DNA of 59,760 bases, filler included. It is 3 parts of 3 records of this genome, joined end to end, with 100 filler letters (N's around TTAATTAATTAA, not from the genome) between each part and the next. Parts side by side here need not be neighbours in the genome. Positions count along the whole stretch, not along the records: positions 1 to 28,070 come from DRR378314_1980; positions 28,171 to 43,733 come from DRR378314_1987; 1 more part is not named here. One strand, written 5' to 3'. Below, piece by piece: positions 13,201 through 30,716 of the stretch. The notes below the pieces were generated by a model that had not been told where the DNA came from, searched no databases, and saw only the letters and a program-made list of their open reading frames with translations. Each line of letters begins with the position of its first letter. The first letter of the stretch is position 1. Both the position numbers and the translations under genes were made by a program.

Positions 13201-14603
13201 ATCACAAGAATGTCCGAGAATATGATAGCCGCGTCCAACTCGGGATATCTACGGAGAGGCTGCAATGTGATCTGTGCATTCCAACAGATGAGGAAAATGC
13301 GCGGAAGGCACGCTCATGTCAGTAGAAGGAGATCTGCGGAACGGCCTATGATGCGCGAAAGGAGGAGCTCTCTGGGAGAACACCCACACACTTCCGCAGG
13401 TCGGTAGCGACAGCACTTGCAAGAATGACATGCAACGCATATACACACAGTATCTTTCTCCAGCAAAGCTCCTTCTCGTACAGTGCATGAAACTATTCGT
13501 GTCATAAAGAGTACGAATTCGGGAACACATGAGAAAAGCACGGCAAGTCGCATGATGTAAACGATCAGAGATGGCCTCGGCGGCACACCGCACCTCCGCT
13601 GCAATCGACGGCGTCTGACACATGCGGAAAAAATCGCTATCGTTATCTTCCTGCGCAGCCAAAATAAAAAGCACAAAAAGAATCAATGAGGTACGTTGAG
13701 ACTGAAAAAGATTCAGTGGCTAGGCACTCAGCGCAATGGCGGAGGGAGAAACTTATGCAGGACACGACCCTCTCGCTCGTGTACTGCGCGTCGCGCCATT
13801 TGGTACGCCTGCAAGCAAGCGTGGTTTGCAGCATCGCCTGCGCGGGCCAGCATCATTCCCAGAGAAGCCGACCCAGAACGTCACTTGTCTAGCAAGGTCA
13901 GTTCAAGTACGCTTAAACATTTCTCTCCTTCATCCAGTCATATACGAGCATATTATGCCACAGCGTGCGGCAGGATCGACGCGGGAAACTCCTACGAAAC
14001 TGAACTGCTCAAGCGACGGCGTGCGACGACACCGACCAGGAGCGCACCTTCAGTTTCCGGAACTCCGGAAGGTAGCGACCAGCTTGTCGCATCACCCAAA
14101 CTGGTGGCCTTTCTACAAAGACAGGAACGTGATGTCGCAGGGGAAGTACCAGCGGAGCGGTAATGCGCCGGCACAGACATGCGCAGTCAGAGTTTCCGCG
14201 CGTGCACGACCACGACAGCACGACTTTGCACGGAAGCGTGGGCGGCACGAAAATCGCAAGCTCCCTGCGTTACACGTACAGCTACCTGAAAGGGCGATCC
14301 TTCTTCCAGCACATTTAGACGAACATCTTACACTGCGACAATAAAATGCATAACAGGCACGAGAATCCAATGTACGCGACTTTTCTCGCAACGCAAGAGA
14401 GCACCGGAGGCAGGGGGCCAAAGTAACGCCGCAAGCGACCGCGGGAGAGCACACGCGCGGAGTTTCCGCTTTCGTCGGCGCAAAGCAGGGTGCGAACAGC
14501 GCACGCACAAGCAACGAAATGAGCCCTTACCTACAGGAAGCCCCTTTGCAGCACGTAGCAAGAGGTCATTCTGCAGACCACTAGAGTATGTAGTATCTGA
14601 CAT
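10259..14603 (-). CDS. hemE: Uroporphyrinogen decarboxylase (UROD), 10 exons, ~379 aa, no obvious organellar presequence
   Basis: Exons 14603-14531, 14112-14048, 13650-13594, 13271-13194, 12944-12870, 12520-12385, 11945-11767, 11445-11221, 10896-10777, 10390-10259. Motifs: [47 protein letters not shown]. Confidence 0.95.
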
Positions 14604-15819
14604 ATCTGATGTTGGTCTTTCTCGCTTTGCTTTTGGAAGTGCCGGATGCCAAAGAGGAAAGTGCGCTACTGGCAAGCGGTGACGGGCGGCTGCCGCCTGG
14701 CGATGCGTCGTACGGGCGTGACCTCACTGCCCTGCCTGTGCGCGCCGGGTCTCTCCTTTATTACCCCTAGTTGGCTGAGGCTGGGATCCGCACCGCGCTG
14801 CGAGAGGCGTGCTTCATTGTTCACGCGCACGTCAACCTGGAAACAGTGCACTCCAGCAGCTCTGTTTGCAAATCCTCTTATTTCAAAGATTTTGTTGAGC
14901 AAAAATCAATCTATGAGAGAACTGCTGGAAAGGGAACTCCACACTTCTGAGCCCACCGTTGCGCTCGTCAAGGCTCCGCATCACAAACGAACGAGGACTA
15001 TTGTGTGACGATGGACCAGTGATGAAGGAGCGCGAGTCTTCCAGTACGCTTTCAACTTGGACACTCTCGCAAACGGAGCAACATTCCTGCGAAGAGTACA
15101 TTGAAAATTGGACGGAACGAAGAAAATAATAATAATATACCGCTCTCCATCTTCAAGATCCGACAGTCAAAGTCCACCAGTCGAAGCAGCAAAACAAGAA
15201 TCGTTCCACAGCAACAGTGCACAAATTTTTTTACAGCACGCTGTTGCGATCCAAATCCTTAAGGAATATGCTAGCGCAAAGGATCGACCTTTTCTCATCA
15301 TTTTGTTTGCGGATATATTGCAAAGGCTCTTAACGCGGTCCATTCTTCTCGGCCTTTCCTCAGAATATACGTATTAGCTCCTTACGAATTGCCTCGTAGG
15401 TGAATATGTTACATGGGTCGTGGCAATTCTTAAGGAGGGCGAACATATGTTGAACTTGGCTCCCAGCTTAGAGATTTCGACAAGGACTAGGGGATACAGG
15501 AGAAAAACAAACAGCAGGCCTTTCCCACAACACAAGGTTGAATTCTCTTGACCTGGGACTTTCGTTTCTGTCATACTGACCACGAAGTGGCTTTTCACCA
15601 ACGAATTTCGCCAGGCCCGCCCCTTAATGCGCGTTTCCATCGCAGAAAAAGTGGCACCTGCAGTCCAAGGAACCGCGTGGGGCTCCTTCCTTTACCGCGC
15701 GGAAAATTCCGCCGCAACGGATCTGTTTCCGGAAGAGAAGGCGGCGGCGGAAAGTTTATTTCGGGCTACAGTGCGTGAGGCCGTTTGCTTCTGATTCCAA
15801 TAAGAAAGCGTTAATAGAC

Positions 15820-18270
15820 ATGGCGCTTTATCCGGGTGAAATAGTGCAAAATGATGAGCTTGAACACGAGTTGCAAAGGGTACACGTAAGTGGCAGCCGT
15901 AAGCGGCGAGGCTCTGACGAAATCCCCCCGCCGCGAAAGCGGCGCGCAGCCGTATGCGAAACACTTTCGCACTCTTCTTCACTTCAATGCTCCTCAACCG
16001 CAGACACCGTATTGCAAATATCAGAAGAACAGATTCAACAGCGAGATCGTCTCATCCGTGAGGCGTTACATGGGACAAATGCGCGGGAACAAGCTATCGA
16101 TAGTCTTGTTCGAAGCTTCAAGACCAAAAAGCTTTTGCCGGGAACTGTTCTTCAAGAACAAGGTAAGCCCTGGCTGCGATATCGCACGCACACATGCATG
16201 AACAGGCTGGCCGCTGTGAAATAGAGCGCATATTACCTACAGTGATTTCATACAGATGTAACACAGTGAATTGCTCTATTCTATTCTACAGTCACCCCTT
16301 TGTAGGGATTCGACGTAAGAATGTTGCGCGAATGCAGCGAGTGGTCCAGGATCTTGGGTGCGGGCGCTTGTCGTATCTTCAACTGCGCTGCGCGCTAGAG
16401 GCTTTCGGTAGACACCTACTACTGTCTTGTCTTCTTCGTGCCTGAATCATCGCAATTGACGGCGTTGAGGAATTACGCCCCAGAAATAGGAACAAAATTT
16501 TTACGCATCTTTTGCTGCGAGAGGTGTTCAAGTGCCTCCTCATACACTGCATGTGTCGACTATAAGGCACGCACTTCAATTCGCGGGGCGGTCAAAAGCA
16601 AGAAAGTAGCACCACGAACACCTTCTTCAATTGCTACCCCAATGAAGACCAAGCGTGTACCTGCGTGTACTGCCCATTTCAGTCCAGGCTAAGTCACTTG
16701 ACGAGTCACTTCAGAGGATGTGCCAGTCACATATCGCCCTTCCTGCAAGTGGCAGGCTCGCTCTTGCTATTGTCGCTTTGCAGTCAGTGCGCCGCGCGTA
16801 TCTGCAGCGGAAACATGAGTATCTTGCGACACCGCCCATTCATGCCATTGGAATGCATGTTGAATCTTCGTGTAAGCATTGTGTCACCAAACGGGCACGC
16901 CCATGTCATGCTGCTGCAGCCCTGTGCTAGCGATCTATTTCTTCAACACGCAATCTCTAACGTTTTGCGTTTTTGCACTCTGTGCACGCGCAAAACTCTG
17001 CCCACCCGCAGGTGCTATATATACGCACGTCCACTTTCTCTTGACCGGTACAGTCGATGAGATTAATGAAACAACGGGTAGGACCGTATGTTCTTATCGC
17101 GCGGGCGACTTAGTCGGAAAGCTATCGCTTCTATGCTCGTTGCCCGCATCGCATCGACTGGTGGCAGCGACCGAGGTGCACCTGTGTCGAGCCAACGCAC
17201 GCGCGTGGAGAAAGGAGACCATTCGGGCCGAACAGCTCGTACGTCTTGTGCTCCCCCGCAAAGTATTACTTCACTTCCCCCGTACATATGACAACAATGA
17301 ATATTCTCTTGCAATGTAACGATAAGGCGAAGCTCGCTTGGGACGTTGGTGTAGGAACAAAGAAGGGTAGTGTGAGGTACTACGTTTCTCTGCTTGGTCC
17401 CGCTGCTGTACTGCCCGCGTTTGAAAGCAATACGGCTGGTTGGTGCCCAAAGCGTTCACACCATCCCCCCCTCCAACCCAAACGCAAAAGCGGACGCTCC
17501 TTTCTGCTTTGCGATCCGCCCCTCTGCATTCGAAAGAGATGCAATCAGAGCTACTGCACGCGTGTAATGTTACCTGCATTTTGCGTCTTTTTCTATCAAC
17601 AGGCGCGCGAACGACGTCGAGAATTTATTCGAAGCCTGCCACTCTTCAGCGGAATGTCGAGCTCGCTTTGCGAGAGTGTAATCGACTCGCTTTCAGAGTG
17701 GACCTTTTCTCCAGGAGATTTCATTATCCGTCAAGGAAGCGAGCCCGAATTCATGTATATCATTGTATCTGGCGTTGTCAAGGTCTTTCGTGAATCAAAG
17801 GATCACGCAACCGAGTTTCAGAAAGTGCAAGGCGGAGGGACCTGGTTTGGGTCTGTCGAGTTTGTAACGCAAACGCGCCGCCAGGCCTCCGTGCAAGCTA
17901 AAACAGCGGTGAGGTATGACGCCCATTTTGTGCACAAAGATCATTATCAGCGCCATAGCATTAAAATTATACATAGAACATTATATGCTGAGAGAGAAGT
18001 TGCGCGCATTTCTCTACCGAGAGAAGGCCTACTCATGTATATCGTGTGGCGACGTGATCATGTTCGCAACGGAATGGCTGCAGATGCCTGGCACTGGATC
18101 GCGACTCGTTTTTTCGCTTTGGATACGACTGTGTAGCGGAAATGACGCGAGTATGGAAAAACTACTTATCGTTCCCGGAATCGATGATCAATTTTGCAGT
18201 CGTCAACGCAGCTCGCGTTATCAACGAAAAGGCGCACGTAATCGAGGAAACTTCCAGCGAGACAGCTTGA
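15820..18270 (+). CDS. PKA regulatory-subunit-like protein with two cNMP-binding domains, 4 exons, ~355 aa (upstream exons possible)
   Basis: Exons 15820-16162, 17012-17238, 17603-17913, 18084-18270 are in frame. An RRAAV linker precedes two CNB domains; CNB-B reads FSPGDFIIRQG..FMYIIVSGVV...WFG...R.ASVQAKTAVRCLALDRDSF. Confidence 0.75.
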
Positions 18271-19218
18271 GAAACAGCATCTCCCAAGCGAAGAGGGATT
18301 TGACGGACGTGTAGTATTGAAACTGTATTGTCAGCACTTCCATACAATTTTGTCACAACAAAAGACACACAAATGGCAAATTTTTTGGACCGAAAGCCGC
18401 TATTATATGATTTGAAAGCTTGACGATTAATGAATATGTTTCTTTTGTATGGATGAAGAAACTGGATTTCCTTCGAGAAACAATTCTCTCGCCCTTCCGA
18501 AATACTGCTCCCTGTCTTGCATTTCTGCTTTCCCCGAGAACAATCAATTGTACAAATTTTCTCATCTGATCCCGGAAAATTATCGCATGACTTTTTAATT
18601 CGCTCTTGCTGAGTGGTATGGCTACGAGTGAAAGAATGCGTCAGGTCCGTACGCAACGTGTTGCTCGCCGCACAACTTTGCTCTTCGTGGCCTTCCTGAA
18701 AACGTACGTAGTACAGTTTTTCTTATCTTGCGAGGTTGCGCACGCGCAGCATAGCCTGCAATCCAAAGATGCACTGCGGCACTCACAACTGCGAGGCGTG
18801 CGACGTAGCAGCAGCTACAGTGACGATCCACATAGTCCTGCACGTGTAGTGTCGCGTCCCGTATGGTGGACGAACAAGCCGGGGGGGGGGAGATCGTGAG
18901 CTCCGTGGTGTACAGTGCGGTGCTTTTTCCTTCCTTATCAGGCGCACAACGCATTCGCTATCCTCGTTTTGCATGTATTGCAGCCACGTTGTTCACCAAG
19001 ATTCTTCTCAAAGAAAACAATCAAGCGCATAGCTCCGTGCACGCCGGAACGATATCGAGAATTGCGCATAGAACAAGAGAGTAGCAGATTCGCAGCATTT
19101 GTGCTCGCAAGTGCGCAAGCTTCCATGTTTGGAGCAGGTGGTTTCCATCGCTTCCCGATAGAATTCATCAATAGCTCCGGATCTTGCGGATGTGCGTGCC
19201 ACGTAGCAGACCAGACAC

Positions 19219-23674
<4,456 letters not shown>

Positions 23675-24357
23675 CAAGAAATAGGGGTATAAGAAGCGCC
23701 CACCATTTCGATTAAATATTATGCGTACCCTGCATGCGTGGTAGGTACGGCATTGTTATTATTATTTCTCTTTTGCTCTACGCTTTGCGTCGGGCAATCG
23801 ACACAGTCGACACAGGCTGTGCGTGCGGAAGACGGAGCACAGGCGTGCGCGGTGCCGCTTCTGCGCCCGCCGCTGCCCGTCTGCGCGGCGTTGCACAGGC
23901 GGCGGTGGTGTGGCGCAGCGGTGATCCCCTCATATCGGTTTATAAAATACCGATCTATGGAAAAGAAGCACTATCCGGTAAGTAGCACGTCAGACGCAAA
24001 GGGTTGCTTCGGGCAGAGTGTTGCGAACTCTTTTTACGAAACCCTACAATCAAGCGTACTTGGCCCGCGTCAAATAAATTTACTTTATGTATTATCGTAA
24101 TAGGGTTTGAAAAGGATACCATCCCTGCCATTGTTTCCGTGGCGGCGCTCCGGCAGAGCACGGCCGCAGGGTCGCACGCAGCCTTGGTGCCGCCCCATCC
24201 GTCCCTCCCGTGACGCTCGCCTGCGCCGCCCGCGCAGTGTCCCGGCGGCGCGCCCCTCGCCGCGCCTGCACTGCGGCTTGTCTTCTTCTTCCTCGCCTGC
24301 GCTCGTTGAGACGCCAGCAACGATCGTCTGCCGCTCACTGACGCGCGACTCATCATC

Positions 24358-27300
24358 ATGTCTACTTCCTCGGAGAAAGAGTACGCGGCTTTATGCGCCC
24401 AGCTGAATCTCGACGAGCGCACGCGCAGTCGTGCGCAGCAATATCTTCAACGCCTGCAGAAGATGACCGACGCGGACGGCGGCAAGGTGAGCGAGAGCGA
24501 AGAAACGCGCGCTTTGTGCATGGATGGTTCCGCGCTCGGTGGCTCGCGTAGCTGGTGCCTGTCGTGCACCGCGTTGGCCAGCGCACTCCCGTGCGGGCCA
24601 CGCGTATCGAAGCTCCTGCATGCATTGGATAGTAATCTGCGGATCGTGTGCAGCCGGAACATTGGCTGGAGCTGCTCGGTCCGTTGTGAGGCGCGCTGCG
24701 CTCCGGCGGCGTGCGCCGCCGCGGACTGCGTCGCACGCCGCGACGTGTCGGCTGCCGTCCCGTACGGCATCATAGTCTCTATGTCTCCTTGAGTGAACTG
24801 CAACTTCGCTACACGCGGTCCCCACGTTGTGACGTGTTGTATGCAAAGTAATATGGGGAGAAAGAGCGAAGCTTGCGCCTCCCTCTGGTGGTATGCCCTC
24901 TTATTTCTGCTTGGTGTATCTGCTGGAAAATGTGTTGCGTGCAGGTGTCGCGGTCCTGGATCGCGTGCGCACTCTACGCTGCGTCTCTCGACGAGGGCAC
25001 TGAAGCGGACTCTGCGCCAGCTGCTGGATTTTCTCTTTCACAACTCCTTCGTGTCACAGCTATACGGTGCGTGCATTGTTAGCATGAAGTTTTGGTGTAT
25101 AGGCACTGGGAAGGTGTGAGTTGTCTTTGCACTGCCGCTGCTTGGAGACAGCGTGCCGTCGCGCGGCGTCGCCTTTTGCTGCGCCTTCCGAGCGACCGCC
25201 CGGCGTGCTTGTGAAGCTGCTCACAACGCCATTAGCGTTTACTTTATTCGCTATTATTCCACTGCAGTATCTAATGTGCAGCGAAGGAGTTGTGAAGACA
25301 ACGCAATCGTTTTGATAAAGCTGAGAGTTAGAGCAGGGGGGCAAGAACAGTGCTTGGGACCTCGCAAAGCGGCGTATGCTGCCGAGGCTCTGCTTCTTTG
25401 GGCTGACCTTCCGGGTTTTTCTTTCTTCTTTACTTCTATTCGCGTTGCGTGTGCTATCGCATTGAATAATGCAGTCTCGTGGACTTTTTCGTTGGCATGA
25501 GCAAGTTTGCTGTCGACCTTGACCTTGGGAGCCACGTGAGAGACCATCTACATGCCATCAAGCAACGGGTCCGTTCAGTATAATCCCGCACGCGCTCCGA
25601 GCTACTTTCGTCTTTCGCTGGTATATCTCCCCTCTGGTCTTCCCAGTATCTGCGCTGCTCATAACACGATAGGGTACCAGGTTGCACAATTCGCCCCATG
25701 GTTCAAAGGGATGCGAGCTCGCATTTGCGCTGCGAGATGTATTGCGCAGACTGAGAGATAGAGCTGTACGCCGGGAGCTGTACAATCTCCTGGTATCTTC
25801 CAAGTGTGCTCGGTGTGGCTTTCGTACGCTGGCGAACAATGGCACCGCAAGAGTAGAAAGTAAAAGGGCAATAGTGCAAACGGCGCGCATCTTTTAGTTT
25901 CATTGCGCAGGTGCTAGTATTGATTCATGTTGACATTGATTTGTATTGTTTCTGCGCTCCTTGACGCCTTGTTTCTCGCGCCTCTTGCACCCGTCTTCTC
26001 CCGCCCTGTTTTTTTTTTTTGGGGGGGGGAAATATTGCTTTCCGCCAACACGCTTGATTTGTGTCTCGCGGAAATGCACCGATGCAGTTCGTAGTGACAA
26101 AGATTTTGTACAAGAAGTACGAGATTCTTGCCAGTGATTTTCTGGCGGATCCGCCTTCAGACGGGAGCCCGATCGCGTCCCCAAAGGTCCGGCAGAACAG
26201 CCAGCACAGCAGCGCATTCCGCTTGGGATGGCTTTTATATCTTTACGCGCAAGGTACGCCAGTTTTCTCACAAGTCGCCATGAGGCGCGGCGAGGTACTT
26301 GTTGCTTGCCAGAGTGAGTGAATGACAGCGCATGAGGCTCTCGTCCGTCGTCCGCGGAAGCACTGCGTGTATATATATCCGTGCTGGGGTCTTGAGGAGC
26401 TGTTGCTGCGTGCGCTTCGGGTTTGTGGTTCGGGCTGTCCCCCGAATGAACTCTGCTGATGATCGAATCGCGCGTGCCCCGCTGCGTTTGTGCCGTAACA
26501 GAGAATATGCAGGGTATTGGCGATGATCTCGTCTCTCGATACGACCTTTTACTTGCAACTGTTGAATTGCTTGTCCGCCATATTCCGGAAGAAAAACGGG
26601 CAGAAGGCGTTCCGGGCTGGCCGGAGAATGTGCTTTCTGAGCTCGCAAAGTCCCAGAGTATGGATGAGAGGATTCTCAAGGTGTGTTGCGTCGGGAACCG
26701 CCCCCCTCGTTTCTGCCGTGGCCGCTCTTCTCCTTGTCTTTCTACGCTATCGTCTCGCATCAGCATAGCGGAGCTGAAAATGGCATGATCGCGATATTTC
26801 TTGAATTCGTGTCTGTGGTCTGCCCAACCGATAGTGAAGTTGGTGGCTTCTTCGTCCGGGGGGGGAAGAGGCTGGATGTGAAGATAGCTGAGCGATTCGC
26901 CCCAATAGTGTTTATTCGGTTTTTTTTGGTACATAAGGTTGCCCAATGTTTCAATGTATGCCCTCCTATGTTCGTTCTTGCGATACGGAAGAGGCGCTGG
27001 TGTGCATAAGGCTATGTTCTTCTTGTTGTTGTGTCCTCCAGTGTCCTTTGGACGTCTCCCTGGCAATCGCCTCTCCTTCCGCATTTCGCTCGGGAATGCT
27101 GCGCGTGCGCCAAAATGAGCGGATGTATTGTGCCCCGTTTGCTTCTATACTTAGCATCTGCTGTCCTTTTCTATTGGCTGAATTATTTTCATTCGTCCTC
27201 GTATAGGATACTTCGTCGAAGCTCTATGACTTTTTGGAGGAGCAATGCAGGGACGGCAAGCTCAAAGCGAATCTTACATCGCGCCGCCGAGCCGCTTCGC

Positions 27301-28070
27301 GTCCAGGTGAAGAAGTTCTCCCCGGGCTGGTACGTTCTATTTCAACGTCAAACTCACGTTGCGGCAAAACGTGGCGAATGAATGTGCGGGTTGCACAAGT
27401 ATTGCGCTGACAGAGCTCGAGACTCCAGGACGTTGTTTGCCCGAGCTGATTGTGCTTTTCGAAAACTAAGAAACTGGTTTGTGCATGCACAGCATTCATG
27501 TGCACGCAGATAATATTTCCTTCGGTATAACCGTACTTCATGTGGAAGGTCACCGTAGCTCTGGTGCTGGAATGCGCTCCACGCTACGCGCGCCCTGCTT
27601 TCGGTGGATGCCACAGGAAGGCGAGGTGGATGTTCTTCATGTTCCATTGCCGTGCGTAACCGCACGCGTCCTGATCCTGTTCGTACGAACTGCAGCTGAA
27701 TGAGCACGCGATCGTAAACGAGAGAGAGCTGACAAACAGCTATGACTTGACGTATTTGCTCAAGTCTCGGATCGACGAAAGGCTATTCTTGGATAACGAT
27801 TTTCGAGTTTCCACCCCTCAGAGCGTACGCTATACCGGTTCTACTTGCAGCCCGGCGGGTTAGTGTGTGATGCTACAAGCGCGCTGCTGTTGCTCTTGAC
27901 CCGGCCGCCGATTTGCCGCACTTCCCCTCTGTGTTGTGCACTCGGGCCTTTCTTAAGACGCGCGGCGTGCTGCTCCGCTCTTTTGCTTCGCTTTCTGTGG
28001 AAGCTTTCAGCTTGTTTCGACGCAGTGGGCTATGACGCCGCTCATCACGTTGACGTGCGCTTCATTACGT
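24358..28070 (+). CDS. Retinoblastoma/pocket-protein family, N-terminal part only (truncated by the contig end), spliced
   Basis: Exons 24358-24486, 24945-25066, 25475-25568, 26088-26253, 26502-26680 are in frame, with later exons near 27207-27328 and 27696-27824. RB-N motifs: LCAQLNLD, WIACALYAA, SLSQLLR, FRLGWLLYLYA, DDLVSRYDLLL, IDERLFL. Confidence 0.85.
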
Positions 28071-28170
28071 NNNNNNNNNNNNNNNNNNNNNNNNNNNNNN
28101 NNNNNNNNNNNNNNTTAATTAATTAANNNNNNNNNNNNNNNNNNNNNNNNNNNNNNNNNNNNNNNNNNNN
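28071..28170. other. Artificial contig-joining spacer
   Basis: 44 N + TTAATTAATTAA (stops in all six frames) + 44 N. Composition and gene style change abruptly across it. Confidence 0.98.
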
Positions 28171-28338
28171 CGCCTTGCCGTCCACATGCACGACGCAGGC
28201 GCCGCATTGGCTGGTATCGCAACCGACATGGGTGCCGGTGAGCCCCTGCTGGTCGCGCAGGAACGACACCAGCAATGTGCGACCTTCGACATCCCCGGAC
28301 ATGGGCGTGCCGTTCACGGTCATGGAGACCTTCGTCAT
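28171..28338 (-). CDS. coxS: 2Fe-2S small subunit of CO dehydrogenase/xanthine dehydrogenase family, N-terminal part (truncated)
   Basis: [10 protein letters not shown]...[34 protein letters not shown], with a GGAGG RBS upstream. Confidence 0.85.
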
Positions 28339-28557
28339 AAAATCCTCCCTAGCTTGAAATCTCTGGTCTGGCTGAGGTCAGTTAACCACGCGTCTTGAAA
28401 TGGCGCGAGGAATTTTTGCGGCAAGGGATGGCGGAGGAAATTGGGGAATTTGCATGCTTCGTCAGGCCGCAAGGCCGGACAGCGCCTGAGCTTCCGCCCG
28501 GGAAGGCGCTTCACGCCTCCACCCAGCCTCCCGAAGGTCAGGCACGGTCCTCGGTGT

Positions 28558-29556
28558 TTACTCCCCATCCCGCCGTGGCCGCGGCCGGGTCGGGATTTCC
28601 TTCAACAGACCGCCCACGCCCATCGCGGCAATATCCGCCGACGTCACGTCAATGCCGCAAACCACCCGCTCCAGCACCCAATCGGCCCCGTTGAGCGCCG
28701 GCGAGCGGGCGCAGCCCGGCAAGCCGATCACCGGCTTGTGCCCCAGCTGCCCCAGAAACAGCAGGTTGCCCGGATCCACCGGCATGCCAAAGCGCGTGAC
28801 CGTGCCCCCCGCCAGCCGCACCGCCTCCGGCGCCACATCCGCCGGATCGGAGGTGGCCGAGCCGGTGAGCACGAACAGCACCTCGCCCGGGGCCGCGCGC
28901 AGGGCGGTGGCGATCTCGGGTGCGCAATGCGGCACCACCACCCGGTCGCTGAGAGAGAGCCCCATCCGGTCCAGCCGCCCGGCCATGGCGGCGCGGCCCT
29001 TGTCGGACGGCATGTCTTCGGTGACGCGGGTCTCGACCAAAGTGGCCGAGCCATAGTGCGGCAGAACCACCCGTATCGCCCCGGCCGCCTGCGCCAGCGC
29101 CACCAACAGCTTTGCCTTCGGCACGGCGTAGGAGATGATCTTGATCGTCGCGATCATGCCCCCCGCATCAACCCGGTGATAATCCGGCACCGTGGCGACA
29201 GAGATCATCGGATCGACACTGTTGATCGCCACCACCTGCGCCGCCGCAACCCGGGTGACGCCGGGCGCAAGCGCATAGAGGTTCACCCGCCCCGCCCCGG
29301 CGCCCGAAATGCGCAGGCCCAGCGCCGCGGCATCCGGCGCCATTGCCTGGGCCAGTCGCAGCGCCGCGTCATCCTCATGCAGGTCGCCGGGATCGAGCCG
29401 GGCCACGATGACCTCGGTCAGCCCGGCCTGCTGCAGTTCCTGCAGGTCCTCCGGCGTCAGGGTGGTGCCCTTGGCGATGCGCCGCCCTGCCCCCTGCAGC
29501 GAATGGGCAAGCAGGCAGCCCTCGGCCTGCCCGACCGGCACCGGGCCGAACTTCAT
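28558..29556 (-). CDS. Molybdopterin-binding protein (MoeA/MocA-associated family)
   Basis: 332-aa ORF starting MKFGPVP...LAHS, with GMPVDPGNLLFLG and IGLPGCARSP. It overlaps the xdhC stop by ATGA. Confidence 0.85.
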   Translation of the reverse strand: MKFGPVPVGQAEGCLLAHSLQGAGRRIAKGTTLTPEDLQELQQAGLTEVIVARLDPGDLHEDDAALRLAQAMAPDAAALGLRISGAGAGRVNLYALAPGVTRVAAAQVVAINSVDPMISVATVPDYHRVDAGGMIATIKIISYAVPKAKLLVALAQAAGAIRVVLPHYGSATLVETRVTEDMPSDKGRAAMAGRLDRMGLSLSDRVVVPHCAPEIATALRAAPGEVLFVLTGSATSDPADVAPEAVRLAGGTVTRFGMPVDPGNLLFLGQLGHKPVIGLPGCARSPALNGADWVLERVVCGIDVTSADIAAMGVGGLLKEIPTRPRPRRDGE

Positions 29557-30554
29557 TCCGCCTTGCCCCGCAGCACAGCCGTCATCTCGGCCAGGATCGA
29601 CACCGCGATCTCCGCCGGGCTGGCCGCGCCGATGTCAAGGCCGATGGGGCCGTGGATGCGGGCGATGTCGTCCTGCATGAACCCCGTCGCGATCATCCGC
29701 TGGTGGCGCTGGCCATGGGTGCGTTTGGAGCCCAGCGCGCCGATATAGAAACACTCCGCCCGCAGCGCCGCCATCAGCGCCGGGTCGTCCAGTTTCGGGT
29801 CATGGGTCAAGAGCACCAGCGCGGTGCGGGCATCCAGCCCGAGTTTCTCCACCGCCTCATCCGGCCAGTCGTCAAGAATGCGCTCACCCGGGAAGCGTTC
29901 GGCAGATCCGAACGCGGCGCGCGGCTCGATCAGCACCGGATCATAGCCCGCGATCCGGGCCATCGGCAGCAGCGCCTTGGCGATATGGACGGCGCCCACC
30001 ACAATCAGCCGCAGCGGCGGGTTGTGCACCGCCACAAATGTAGTGCCGTCCTCCTCGACACCGGAGCGATCCATGCGCATGCGGTCGAGGTAGGAGGCGA
30101 TATTGACCAGATGGCCCTGACCGCTGGTCAAATCCACCTCATAGGCCAGCGGGCGGCGTTCGGCGCGGGCCAGCACCAGCGCCTCCAGCACCTCTGTCTT
30201 CAGCGTGTGGCCGACCGGTTCCAGCAGCACCTTGATGGTGCCACCACAGGCCAGCCCGACGGCAAAGGCATCATCATCGCTGACGCCGAATTCCAGCAGC
30301 TTGTGGGCGCCGGCCTCCAGCGCCGCCTGCGCCTCCAGGATCACCGCGCCCTCGACACAGCCGCCGGAGACTGAGCCCTCCATCCGGCCATCGCCGGCCA
30401 CCACCAGCTGCGCGCCGCAGCGCCGCGGCGCCGAACCCCAGGTCTGCACCACCGTGCACAGGACCGCACCGACGCCCTCGCGGTGCCACTGCAGCGCCAA
30501 CTCCGGCGCATTGTCAAAACTCGTGTAGTCAGCCTGTGCGGTGCCAGTTGTCAT
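29553..30554 (-). CDS. XdhC/CoxF/CoxI family Moco chaperone
   Basis: TWGSAPR..G, GSVSGGCVE, GLACGG, THDPKLDD, YIGALGS, PIGLDIGA..PAEIAVSI. Confidence 0.92.
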   Translation of the reverse strand: MTTGTAQADYTSFDNAPELALQWHREGVGAVLCTVVQTWGSAPRRCGAQLVVAGDGRMEGSVSGGCVEGAVILEAQAALEAGAHKLLEFGVSDDDAFAVGLACGGTIKVLLEPVGHTLKTEVLEALVLARAERRPLAYEVDLTSGQGHLVNIASYLDRMRMDRSGVEEDGTTFVAVHNPPLRLIVVGAVHIAKALLPMARIAGYDPVLIEPRAAFGSAERFPGERILDDWPDEAVEKLGLDARTALVLLTHDPKLDDPALMAALRAECFYIGALGSKRTHGQRHQRMIATGFMQDDIARIHGPIGLDIGAASPAEIAVSILAEMTAVLRGKAE

Positions 30555-30716
30555 GGTGAAAGTCCCGGTGCCTGTTGTCCCTCAAGCTTGGGCCTGACGG
30601 CGTGAAGTTCAAGAACAATTCGTGCCAAATTGACGGTGGTTTGTCACCCGACATAGCACAGGGTGACGTCCGACCTGAGGGGCCCGTCGTCCGACAAAGG
30701 CGCCTCGCGCAGGGCC

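Noticed and set aside
15108..15377. Possible dimerisation/docking exon for the PKA-R-like gene (ILKEYA...)
   Set aside because: The similarity is weak and I could not build a convincing in-phase splice to 15820.
28115..28126. TTAATTAATTAA palindrome (also at 43778-43789) as a biological site such as a transposon TTAA target
   Set aside because: It is centred in identical N padding twice and gives stops in all six frames, so it is a synthetic linker.
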